DNA of 62,325 nt, the filler included, from Chiloscyllium plagiosum (taxonomy: Eukaryota), in assembly GCF_004010195.1 (NCBI RefSeq). It is 3 parts of one record of this genome, joined end to end, with 100 filler letters (N's around TTAATTAATTAA, not from the genome) between each part and the next. Parts side by side here need not be neighbours in the genome. Positions count along the whole stretch, not along the records: positions 27,878 to 53,630 come from NC_057717.1; 2 more parts are not named here. One strand, written 5' to 3'. The notes under the pieces are model-generated. The model saw nothing but the letters and a program-made list of their open reading frames with translations. It searched no databases and had not been told where the DNA came from. Positions 37,410-48,864 of the stretch are shown piece after piece; the stretch's first letter is position 1, and every line of letters starts with the position of its first letter. Position numbers and translations under genes: made by a program.

Positions 37410-37985
37410 GTAAAACATTCTCCTGTCATCTTACAATTACCCACAGTCCTGAAATCCACCACCCTAAGGAAAGGACACATGCCATTCAACATTATCTATA
37501 CCCGTCATTGTTTGATAAACCTCTATAAGGTTAACAAGGTCTCAACCTCCTACACTGCAGTGGAAAAGGTCCCAGTCCATCGAGTCTGTCCTTATAACTT
37601 AAACACTCCATTCCCAGCAAAAACCCGGTCAATCTTTTCTGAACCATCTCCAGTTTAATTGTATCATCAATGTGACTGGGTGACCTGAACTGCACACAGT
37701 ACTCCAGGAGAGTCCTCACAAATGTCCTGCTCAACCTGAAGATAATGTTCCAGGTCCTGTACTCAAAGGTCTGACAGTGAAGGCCAGCAAGCCAAACTCC
37801 TACATACCCACTCTGCCTACACATGATGCAAACGTCAAAGAAATATACCAGGACCCTCGATCCCACTGCTGTCCAATGCTACCAGTAGCATGACATTTAA
37901 TTGTGTATGTCCTCTCGCTGCTTGTTTTATCAAATTGTTTTACTTTGCATTTATCGAAGTTAAACTCCATCTGCTACTCCTCAGC
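37410..37985 (-). mobile_element. CR1 3' fragment
   Basis: RTFVRTLLEYCVQFRSP. Confidence 0.85.
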
Positions 37986-38375
37986 TCAATGAGTTATAGT
38001 ATTGGGGAAGAAAGGTTGGAAAGTAATCGGCTGTCTTAAATAATTTCGTGGTTTTAAGCCGAGGGTAGTCACACGTTAAAGGCGGGAAAGAGTGATTGGT
38101 GTTTTGATCCAGAAAGTATGCGCTTTCTTCGTCTCTGATGTTCAGTGATAAGTATCTATTCCCTCTCTCCATCCCACAGACACTCCACCTTGTTTTCAAT
38201 CACACACACGCATGTGCGCGCAAACACACACACAGACACACAGACACACACACACACACACACATCTAATCTGTAAGATGAATTTTCATTTGCCGGTTTG
38301 TCTTTCCAGATGCATTATATTTTCTCAAAAATAATACAATTTGTAGACAGTCAGTCAATACGATATTTTATTAAC

Positions 38376-38670
38376 TTGTGAGAAGATTTGTAGCTAGGGT
38401 GCTCGTTGCTGTGGTTCTGTTCGCCGAGCTGGAAGTTTTTGTTGGAAACGTTTCGTACCCTGTCTAGGTGACATCCTCAGTGCTTGGGAGCCTCCTGTGA
38501 AGCGCTTCTGTGGTGTTTCCTCCAGCATTTATAGTGGCCTGTCCCTGCCGCTTCCGGTTGTCAGTTTCAGCTGTCCGCTGTAGTGGCCGGTATATTGATC
38601 AACAAACATATAGACCTGGACCCAATATACCAACCACTACAGCGGACAGCTGAAACTGACAACCGGAACC
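38376..38670. mobile_element. Penelope-like element end, family 2, with ~46-bp inverted repeat
   Basis: Arms 38552-38597 and 38623-38668; plus arm reads INKHIDLDPIYQPLQRT (PLE ORF C-terminus); hammerhead-like motif on minus at 38444-38483. Confidence 0.8.
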
Positions 38671-38689
38671 GGCTCATTAAAACACAGGC

Positions 38690-39217
38690 AGGTTTGGCAG
38701 ATCCCTTTCCCCACAAACACTCTGTGGTTTCAGAGCTCCCCCCTCTCTGCAGCCTCTGTTCAATTTGTTGTTCATGTTGCAGACCCAGATGCTGTAACTA
38801 CAGTCACCATGCTCCATCTAGAGTTGGTTCACCAAATCCTAAGGTCTCCCTGAATGTCTAAGGCAGCTCACAGCACAACCCCCAGCAAACCATTTCCATC
38901 ACCTCCACTAACCTTTCCATGACAGGAGACAGTCAGATGCCCCTCAGCTCCTGTTCCTTGACGATAATACTCGAGAGGTTTCCTCATGTTATGGACTGCA
39001 CAATCAACTGAGAGGGACAAACACAGGCCTTCAGAGGTCAGGCACAGACCAAGTTTCAAAAACGTGCTGAAACCTCCTTTCCAACTTGGAGCAACAGCCC
39101 CCAAATACCATTTCATTGTTTCTGAGCTTCACAATGCTAGCACTCGATACACTTGGGAGTTAAAAAACAACACCAGGGAAAGGTACAGAAAAAAAAAACA
39201 ATTAATTAACTGATAAC
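38690..39217 (-). mobile_element. Harbinger-associated fragment (transposase 5' region) and flank
   Basis: 38698-38910 aligns by eye with 17175-17390; a further copy lies at 42485-42660. Confidence 0.6.
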
Positions 39218-39606
39218 GTTCCCTAGATGCTGCCTGACCTGCTGCGCTTCTCCAGCAACACATTTCCATTTCTGATCTCCAGCATCTGCAGACCTCATTT
39301 TCTCTTCATGACAGGAGACAGTCAGATGCCCCTCAGCTCCTGTTCCTTGACAATAATACTCGAGAGGTTTCCTCATGTTATGGACCGCACAATCAACTGA
39401 GAGGGACAAACACAGGCCTTCAGAGGTCAGGCACAGACCAAGTTTCAAAAACGTGCTGAAACCCCCTTTCCAACTTGGAGCAACAGCCCGCCACATACCA
39501 TTTCATTGTTTCTGAGCTTCACAATGCTAGCACTCGATACACTCGGGAGTTAAAAAACAACACCAGGGAAAGGTACAGATAAAAAAACAATTAATTAACT
39601 GATAAC
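38918..39606 (+). repeat. 300-bp direct duplication (38918-39217 and 39307-39606) flanking a PLE fragment (39218-39306)
   Basis: Near-identical copies; the ORF track shows the duplicated peptide AVAPSWKGGFSTFLKLGLC. Confidence 0.92.
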
Positions 39607-40841
39607 ATGTCGTAAAAAATGTATAAGGAGACAGGGGAGTGGGAGTAACTGGAGAAGTGAGACAATGGTGGGTCCAATCACAAGAATGGGAGCATTCAAT
39701 AAAATTATTGCCAGATCAGTTGAAATCGTTAGTTACATCAAATTGTGAATCTGCCTCACAGAACCATCCCAGACGCCCTAAACTGGGACAAGATACCAGC
39801 CAGAATGGAGAGCTGTCCAGACCATGCTAGTGGACTACTCTATAAACTGGACTACCTGCCCATCATGGGGACCATTGCAAACCTTTGCCAGTATATTGCT
39901 ACTATACTTGCACTACAGAAATGTCTTGCACGGGAAGATGTGTAACCCATGCAGTAAGTGACAGTAAATGGACTCCCACAAATGTATGGCTCTGTATCTC
40001 CACTGCCCGCATATAAGGTAAGTGATTGTGTGTGTGTCTGTCTGTGTGTGTGTGCGTGTGTGTGTGTCTGTGTGTGTTGGTGGCAGTAGATATGAAAATT
40101 ATTATTTGAGAGAGAATAGACATAGAGGAAATCAGTTTAAATGTGAACAACTGACAGGGCTTTGTGTCATTTACACGAGGGAGACTTACGACCGTGTCAT
40201 AGACAGAGGTGACGACGTGTTTGTGAACATTAAATTAAAGGCATTGCCAGACCATACAGGAATCCGTACAGGAATGATGGGATTTTGGTCTGCCTTTAGA
40301 TACAAGCCATGGAATACCGACTCAGATTTGGTTAAGCAACAGCAGATTATTGGCTTTATTACGATTGTGTTTCATAGCTGAAGGTTCAAACAACAGACTG
40401 GATGAAACAGTGAAGTATAATCTGCAGTTGTCAATAGTTAAAATTAGGAATAGCCAGGATATGGTGTCAGTAATCAGCTTGTGGCCAAAGGGATCACCGT
40501 AGTTGTGACTCGTCTGTTTCAGCCTCAGTTATTGGCCAGGGATGAGATGGAGTCAGAGGAAGGAAATGGAGTTTGCATCCAGAACAAAAGACAGTGACCT
40601 CCAAGCTTTCAATATTTAAATAGCAAGGGCAGTGATGCAATGCATCCTGGTTCATACCTGAAAGTGAATAGGTCAACCAACATGCACAGTGCCAGAACTA
40701 AAGAAGGCGAGAAATAATGAACAAGTTCACTGTTGTTTTTGTGGTTTGGAGCGTGAATACTTACAGAGTAGAGTAAATGAAAAGAACAGTAATACAGGCG
40801 CACATAGTTAATGTAAATAATATATCGACAGTGAAACTTAC

Positions 40842-41101
40842 CAGGGACACCACCAATAGCCAGGATAGGATAATAAAAACATTGAATAATGTGAAGTGCA
40901 TATCTGATCCGCGCTGTTAACGGCCACCAATAATATGTAGAAAAAAATCCAAACATAATAGGATAACCTCCTCTCCACTGTTGGAACTTTCCAATCTATT
41001 GTTTTCAGATTCTGATCCACTGTTGGAACATTCTTGTCTATTGTTTTCAGATTCTGGTCCACTGTTGGAACTGTCCAGTCTAATGTTCTCAGTTTCTGAT
41101 C
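40842..41101 (-). pseudogene. GPR139-like: First coding exon of a GPR139-like GPCR, probably disabled; no exon 2 found
   Basis: Minus: (DQNLKTIDWKVPTV-like)x3-ERRLSYYVWIF / STYYWWPLTARIRYALHIIQCFYYPILAIGGVP-G|GTAAGT. The YYP.LA..GVP TM1 start followed by a phase-1 intron matches my recollection of GPR139-family exon 1. There is no ATG before the repeat, and a T7 run (40941-40947) shifts the frame; an in-frame ATG exists at 40956. Confidence 0.65.
40976..41101 (-). repeat. 42-bp coding tandem repeat x3
   Basis: GAYCAGAAWCTGARAACAWTAGAY..GTTCCAACAGTG units starting at 41101, 41059 and 41017. Confidence 0.9.
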
Positions 41102-41188
41102 TCTCCCTCTCTCTGGAGCAGCCGATCCCTGTTAGTGCTATCGGTGATGCTCCCGCTCATACTATGGGCTAACATATTGAATGGAGCC

Positions 41189-41196
41189 CTTTTATG
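41189..41196 (-). promoter_or_regulatory. TATA-like box (CATAAAAG) upstream of the GPCR exon
   Basis: Located ~90 nt 5' of the repeat-coding start; position is plausible but untested. Confidence 0.3.
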
Positions 41197-41413
41197 ATTA
41201 AAAGATGGAAACTCTCCACTGGGATAATTAGAATCCATGGAGACTGACATTAGTCACTGTCACCAAACAAACAGGTTCAGTTAACCAGTTCCTTACATCA
41301 TTTTACATAACACAATAAAAGGGAACATTAACTAAGTTTGGATCAAATGAATGAGAGTTGCTGAGGGATAGACCATAAATCTTTCAATCTTTTTAATCTG
41401 TCTTCCCTATATA

Positions 41414-42394
41414 TGGGAGTATTGTCGGAACACTGCACTGTTGTATATGATTCACCCTGTTAATAAAAGGAGACAGGAATAAAATAACAGACGAGCTGCA
41501 TAAAATGTTTGGTGGAGACGTTTCTAGATACCTTTGTGTAATGCTGCTCCAAGTTTGAAATTCCCTGTTATCAAGTCCTTTCTTAACCTTGTGACATCAT
41601 TCAGAGCATTGAAACTGCTGCTCAGGGATAGGGAGAAACAGGAGGTAGTCACTCAACTGCTCGAGACTGGGACACAGGGACAGGAGACAGTCTTTGAACT
41701 GTTCGAGACTGGGACACAGAGACAGGAGACAGTCTTTCAACTGTTCTAGACTGGAACACAGGGACAAGAGTACTGCTCGTACCTGGAACAGAGGAACAGG
41801 AGGCAATCTTTCAACTGTTCGAGACTGGTACACAGGCACAGGAGGGAGTCAGTCAACTGCTCGAGACTGCGATACAGGGAAATCTGGAGGCTAGTGAGGC
41901 CCAGATTACTGTTCCCCAGGAACAAGAAGAGGTGACTAACTTCCCACAAGTCTGGGACACTGGGAGAAAAGGAAAATTGGCTTGTTACTGATAGAAATAT
42001 CTGATATGTGGGAGTATTGTCGGAATACTGCACTGTTGTATACGTTTCACCCTGTTTATAAAAGGAGACAGGAATAAAATAACAACAGCATAAAATGTTT
42101 GGTGGAGACGTTTCTAGATACCTTTGTGTAATGCTGCTCCAAGTTTGAAATTCCCTGTTATCAAGTCCTTTCTTAACCTTGTGACATCATTCAGAGCATT
42201 GAAACTGCTGCTCAGGGATAGGGAGAAACAGGAGGGAGTCAGTTAACTGCTCGAGACTGCGATACAGGGAAATCTGGAGGCTAGTGAGGCCCAGATTACT
42301 GTTCCCCAGGAACAAGAAGAGGTGACTAACTACCCACAAGTCTGGGACACTGGGAGAAAAGGAAAATTGGCTTGTTACTGATAGAAATATCTGA
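41414..42394 (+). repeat. Tandem duplication (41414-42004 and 42009-42394) differing in copy number of an internal ~38-bp minisatellite
   Basis: Near-identical flanks; copy 1 has about six CAACTGCTCGAGACTGGGACACAGG-type units, copy 2 has one. Confidence 0.9.
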
Positions 42395-43229
42395 ATAAGT
42401 TGCATGAGCGAGCCATTCAATCCTGCTCCAACATTCTTCAAAACCATGGCTGATCTGATTACAATTCCCTCATTCCATTTTACAGAGATTCCCCTCTCTG
42501 CAGCCTCTGCTCCATTTGTTGGTCATGTTGCAGATCCAGATGCTGTAACTACAGTCACCATGTTTCATCCAGAGTTGGATCACCAAAGCCGCTGCTCTTC
42601 CTGAATTTCCACAGCAGCTTAAAACACAGCGTCCAGGAAACCGTCCCCAGCATTTCCACGAACGTACAAAAATTAGAGTTAAGTCAAATGTCAGTCAAAG
42701 GCAAATGAGAAGCCTGGTCTGAATCACTAACAGCTGTGAGGATTTCTCATGTTACTGAGCACATCAGCAGCAGAGAGGGATTAACACAGGCGTTCAATGA
42801 ATAGGCACAGAGCAAGTTACAAAGGTGTGCCTCGAAACTGTTAAAACGCCATTATCCAACATGGAGCACAGGACAGGACACTGCGAAGTCAAAGAAAACG
42901 CAAGCAATGCTTTTTGACCACTGTTTCTAAGCTTCTTAGTGTTGGAAGCTGATGCTCTTGGGTGAGTAACATTCAAGGGCAGGAAAAGATATAGGACAGT
43001 TATTCACATTGAAACTGGACAATTAAAACTGGATGGCGGGGAAGCAGTTTAAACATCCACAGGGATTTGGGAAATAGACAGAGGGCGAGAGACTCTGAGT
43101 CAGTGTTATGGAAGGATGTGTTTGCAGGTTTCAGAATGCTGAAATGAAGACACTTCGATCATATCTAGCAACATAGGTTAGTATGTCCGGGAATGATGAA
43201 TTAATACGATATTGGTGCAAGGTCAGAAA

Positions 43230-46115
43230 GAGTCAGAGTCTCGGAGATGTACAGCACAGAATAAGACACTTCAGTCTAACTCGTCCATGCTGATGGGATA
43301 TCCCAAATTAAACTAATCGCATTTGGCCAATGTCGATGCCAACCCTTCCTCTTCACGTACCCATCCAAATACCATTTAGACGTTATAATTGTAAAAGCCT
43401 CCAGCACCTACTCTGGCAACTCATTCCACACATGCTCCACCCTCTGTGGGAAAAAATGTGCTCCTTAGGTCATTTTTAAACCTTTTCCCTTTCATCGGAA
43501 ATCCATGCCCTCTAGTTTTGGGGAAAAAGACCTTGGCGATACACCGTATACATGCTCCTCACGCTGCAGGAATAAAATAACCCAATCATCAAAGTTTGTG
43601 AGAACCCAATCTACTCACACTCTCCCAATAGCTCCAATCCTGGCAAAATCCTTGTAAATCTTTACTGACTCCCTTCAAGTTTCACAATATATTTCCAAAA
43701 GGAGGGAGACCAGAATTGAATGCAGTACTCCAAAAGTGGCCAAAGTAATGTGCTGTACAGCAGCAACATGACCACCCAATTCATATAGTCAAAGCACTGG
43801 CCAATAAAGGCAAGCATACCAAATGCCTTCTTCACTATCCTACTTAACTGCGACTCTACTTTCAAGAAACTATGAACTTACATTCCAAGGTCTCTTTGTT
43901 CAGCAACACTCGCCAGGACGTTAGCATGAAGTGTACATGTACTGCCCTGATTTGCATTTCCAAAATGCAGCACCTCCCATTTATTTACATTTAAAAACCA
44001 TCTGCCAATTCTCAGCCCATCTGCCCATCTGATCAAGATTCCATTGTACTCTGAGGTAAACCTTCTTTGCTCTCCACTACAACATCATTTTTGGTTTCAT
44101 CTGCAAACTTAGCAACTATTGCTGTAATGTTCACACCCAAATGATTTATGTGAATAGTGAAAAGCAGTGGAGCCAGCACAAACCCTTGTAGCACACCAAT
44201 GGTCACAACCCTCCTTTTCGAAAAGCAATCCTTCACCACCACCCTCAGTCTCCTGCCTTCGGGCTAACTGTGAGTACACATGGCTAGTTCTCCCTGTATT
44301 CCATATGAACTAAATTTGTTAACCAAACTACCATGCAGGAAGTTGGCAAATGCCTTACTGAAGTCCATACCAACAATATACACCTCTGCCTCAATGAATC
44401 CTCTTAGTCACTTCTTCAAACATACTCAGTCAATTTAGTGAGACACAACTTTCCATGCTTCGACCCACGTGGCCGATCATTTATCAGTCCTTGATTTTCA
44501 AAATCCATGCAAACCTTGTGCCTCATAATCCTTATCAACAGCTTTCCTTCCACTGACGTCGGGCTCACGAGATTTTCCTTACCATCCTTCTTAAGTGTTG
44601 TCAGTAATCGCACCAAGTTCACAAGCCTCCTATCTTCCAGTACCTCATCTGTGACAATTGACGATACCAATATCTCAGCAAGGAGCCCAGCAATCACTTC
44701 ACTCGCTTCCCACTTAGTTCTAGGGTACATCTGATCAGGTCCTGGAGATTTTCCTACCTTTACGGGTTTACGAACTCCAGCATCTCCTTCGCTGTAATAC
44801 AGGCACTTTTTAACATGTCACGGTTTATTTCCAAAGTTCTTTAGCTTCCATATCCTTCTGCACAGTCAATACTGACGGACGATGCTTGTTTGCCTCCATC
44901 TCCTGCGGTTTTGCACATCGGCAACCTTGCTGATCTTTAAGTGGCCCAAAACTCTCCTGAGTTATTCTTTTGTCCTTAATGTATGTATAGAGTCCCTTTG
45001 GATTCTGCTTAACCCTATTTGCCAGAACTATCTCATGTCCCCTTTATGGCCTCCGGATTTCCCTCTTATGTATACTCCTACTGGCTTTAGACCCTTCTCG
45101 ACAGTCACTTTAAATCTGGAATTAAGAGCCAAATGACGATGATTAATCCATTTTCGATTTTCGCAAAACCCATAAAATAGATGAGAGGGGGAGGGGGATG
45201 AAGGTGATAGGTCGGGGACGGTGGGAGGGTGGAGTGGTTAGGTGGAAAAGAAGATAGGCAGGTAGGACAAGTCAGGACAAGTCACGGGGACAGTGCTGAG
45301 CTGGACGTTTGGAACTGGGGTCAGGTGGGGAATGAGGAAACTATTGAAGTCCACATTGATGCCCTGGGGCGGAAGATGAGGCATTCTTCCTCCAGGCGTC
45401 TGGTGGTGAGGGAGCGGCGGGTCAGGTGGGGAATGAGGAAACTATTGAAGTCCACATTGATGCCCTGGAGTTAAAGCGTTCCGAGGCGGAAGATGAGACC
45501 TTCTTTCTCCAGGCGTCTGGTGGTGAGGGAGCGGCGGTGAAGGAGGCCCAGGACCTCCATGTCCTCTGCAGAGTGGGAGGGAGAGTTGAAATGTGACTCG
45601 GAACAGCCCGCTGGGCTATTAGTAATGGGTAATGAATGCAGGCCCAAACAGTGATACCCTCTATCCGTGAATGAGTACTGAAAAAAACCTTGACTCCTGC
45701 TCTCTCTACCTGACATATGCTTCCCTCTTATCCATGACCAGACATTCAATTTCTCCAGTCCTCCAGCATTCCTTACACCTATCAGCGTTACCCTTCACCC
45801 TAACAGGGACAGACTGTCTCTGTGATTTTGACATCTCCTTTTTTGAAGGCTTCCCTCTTCTCAGCTGGCCCCGTAACTGCGAATATCTGTTCCAATCCAG
45901 ATTGGAAGTTCTTGCTAATATCATCAAAATTGGCCTTCCTCCAATTTAGAGCGATACCTTTTATACCCAGTTCATCCTTTTCCATCTCTATTTTAAAACT
46001 AATAGAATTATGATTATGTGTCTCAAAGTGCTTCGCCACTGATAGCTCAGTCTCCTGCCCTGCCATATTTCCCAAGGGGAAGGTGATGTTGAACTCCTTC
46101 TCTGTGATGGAGAGC
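43230..46115 (-). mobile_element. Long decayed CR1 LINE with nested PLE
   Basis: LLEYCIQFWSP; GVLQGFVLAPLLF..AKFADETK; YPRTKWEASEVIAGLL; HNHNSISFKI. Confidence 0.9.
45175..45595 (-). mobile_element. Penelope-like element fragment (GIY-YIG C-terminus) with ~100-bp tandem duplication
   Basis: HFNSPSHSAEDMEVLGLLHRRSLTTRRLEKEGLIFRLGTL. Confidence 0.85.
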
Positions 46116-46487
46116 ATTGGTCAAGCAGCTGCAGCGTTGTAACTGGGATTGGGCTCAACATTGTCTTCGTCTCATTGGGCTGGATCGAACCATAATTTAT
46201 CTCAGTGCCATTTTCATTGAGTGTGACAGAGGGATTGTCTGTACAAGGTCGTACTACTTTCCTGGTGCTACCTTATCGAACTCACCTCATTAACCCCACC
46301 CCATGGTGTCCCTCTCATTCAATGCCAGCCCTATTCTCCCACCCATCACGGCTGGAGGAACTCACCATCGCACTGATGCCCCTGAATATTCCGTGATCCC
46401 TGGCACTGGTGCCATCTTTAAAAGGCCAGTGGGCGCACAGTTGTGCTTTTTTGAGGTCGGAGCTGGTTTGTACAGTTTACCCCGAGC

Positions 46488-46967
46488 ATGGCAGATAAAG
46501 GGCAATTACACCACAGTTTGTCGACAGGGGCACGGAGGTCCTGGTGGATGGGGTAGCGCAGAGGGAGACCATTCTCTTCCCAGGAAGGGTCACACTATCC
46601 GACCCACCGAGCATTGTCTGAGGTTCCCACCCAGCTCAGTGCAGTATCTGCGGTCTGAAGAAATGTCGAGCAATACAGGACAAGCATCAACCCTCCAGAC
46701 ACCTCACCATATCTCCCCCCATCTACACCAGCACTAACAGCAGAGGTACCCACTCCCATCCTCCCTCCCTCCGTACCTCCCTTTCTCCCATTCCAGGAGA
46801 AACAGCTTGGAATAGGACAGTAAGGTCAAACCGAGTGGTGGAGTGCCCGATATCCGTTCCCTCACGTCCCCCCTCCCCCTGACATGTTGGGAGGAGCCTG
46901 GTACGAGCCGGAGAAGACTGGGATGCCTCGTGTGAAGATTCTGAAACATCCACGTCCTAAACACCGA
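46488..46967 (+). mobile_element. Harbinger Myb/SANT-like DNA-binding protein gene, decayed, two exons
   Basis: ATG at 46488: MADKGQL/PQFVDRGTEVLVDGVAQRETILFP..ALSEVPTQLSAVSAV*RNVEQYRTSIN; acceptor CAG at 46796; exon 2 (TAWNRT..GGVPDIRSLT); donor GTAAG at 46968. Resembles the NAIF1/Harbinger ORF2 pattern. Confidence 0.7.
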
Positions 46968-48295
46968 GTAAGGAGCAATGTTCAGTGAAGGGCAATTCTC
47001 ACTTTAAACCCACTGGCACCTCCCTTTCTCCCCGGCACAACTGAGAAGCCGTGGCCCTGATGCCATCTCCCTTTTGTGTTGAGCTGGTACAAATGGAATC
47101 CCCAAGGTCTCGGTGGGCCGGAGGGTGGACTCACATCACATCGTCTCAATCACCTCCCAGGAAGGGAGCACGGAGGCTCCCTGCAACACCTCCCCCTGTA
47201 AACAGCTCAGATACTGAAACTAATCTGTGAGATTTACTGCTTTCCCCACTTGTGCTAACATCTTCAATAACCTGTTCTCATATACACCCTGGCCCTTTGT
47301 TCCTGCACCTCCTTTATAATGGTACAAACTGTTTTATATTGTCTTTCAATGTCCTTCCTATTCAAGAGCATCACCTCACACTGCGCTGCATTGATCCTCA
47401 TCTGCCATACACCTAAACACTGCACCAACATATAACTTTCCTGTTGGAATTCCACACCGTCCTCAAAAACTTTAGAATTCTTTCAGGTTTGGTATCTGCA
47501 AATATTGAAATTGTCCTACAGTCACACTCCACTCAAAAATACTGAAACACACCAAACAGAGCAAGAGAAATATTGACACACTTTCCAGGTCTGTATTACT
47601 GTCAATGTATAGTGAGTGCTTCTATGTGTCTGTATTCGTGTGTGTATCTGTGTGGGGCGGGTCTGGCAGTCTCTGTGATGTTTAAAGTGATGTAATATCC
47701 CCCGATATGAGTGCTGAGTAAGGATCACTCAATCCAAAACGTCAACTTTCATTTTTGCCCAAAGATGCTTCCAGAGCTGCTGAGATTTCTGTTGTTGTCA
47801 ATCTCTGTTGCACCCCCACCCAGATCCCCCACCCCCACTCCACTGTAATCATGGTGCTGAAGTGTGTAAACGATCAGGGATTCAGTCTGGGAGGGAGAGA
47901 GGGAGGGCAGCAGCTCGCAGCACAATACAACCTGAATTTTGATTGCACTAAACACACACGCACACACACACGCGCGCACATGCACACATTAGGTTGGTTT
48001 GGAGAGGATTGTCATTGTACTTAGGCCCTCAGAGTGGAACATGTTCATGTAGAGAAATGTCTGCGCTCCGTCTGCAATGTGGAAATGGTTTGTCACTGGG
48101 TAGTATTTCCAATACACAGTGTACACATTAAAGCATATTTCCATTGCAATTATATACAAGCAATTCCGAGTGAGCCACTTTCCATGGCGATGAGATTAAT
48201 TTTAATGCACTTCCTGTAATTTGGAATTTTTAATGTTTTACTCTTACAAGTATCCTTATATGTGAGAAAGGATTGAAAAGACCTAAACCAAACCA

Positions 48296-48344
48296 GCGAG
48301 CTGCTGCCCTCCCTCTCTCCCTCCCAGACTGAATCCCTGATCGT
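48296..48344 (-). repeat. 49-bp perfect inverted copy of 47870-47918
   Basis: GCGAGCTGCTGCCCTCCCTCTCTCCCTCCCAGACTGAATCCCTGATCGT is the reverse complement of 47870-47918. Confidence 0.95.
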
Positions 48345-48864
48345 GGGCTTGTATCACTTTAAAGAAAAGTGGGAAAGGGAGAGGAAGTGAAAATGGTTTT
48401 GACCCCGTTTCAGTGATTCACACCAAAAACGAGAAGAGTTCCCATTGCATAGAGATGCAGAGACAGCGATCCACACAGTAATGCAGGAACACATGTAACA
48501 AGCACAGAGAGATAGACACGCAAACAGAGGTTAACAGAGACATATATAGACACACAGGAATAGACAAACACGAACAGAAATATGCAGATACATACTTGGA
48601 CACACGAACACACAGAGACTCTTCGAGTTGTACATGGTATTTGCAAACAGGCCTATCGGGCCATGCAGTCCATGCTGACCATAATCCCAAGCTAAACCAG
48701 TCCCCACCTGCCTGCGCTTGGCCCAGATTTGTCCAAATGTCCTCTTATTCTTGTACTTAACCGAATGCGTTTTAAATGCTATAACTTTACCCACAATCCA
48801 TCACTTCCTCAGGAAGTTCACTCCCTACACGAACCACATGCTGTGAAAAAAAATAATCACCTCA

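Noticed and set aside
39745..40381. Possible exons (GTAAGT donors at ~40018 plus and ~40189 minus; ORF 40022-40381)
   Set aside because: No recognisable protein family and no consistent acceptor or frame; the ORF starts in a TG microsatellite.
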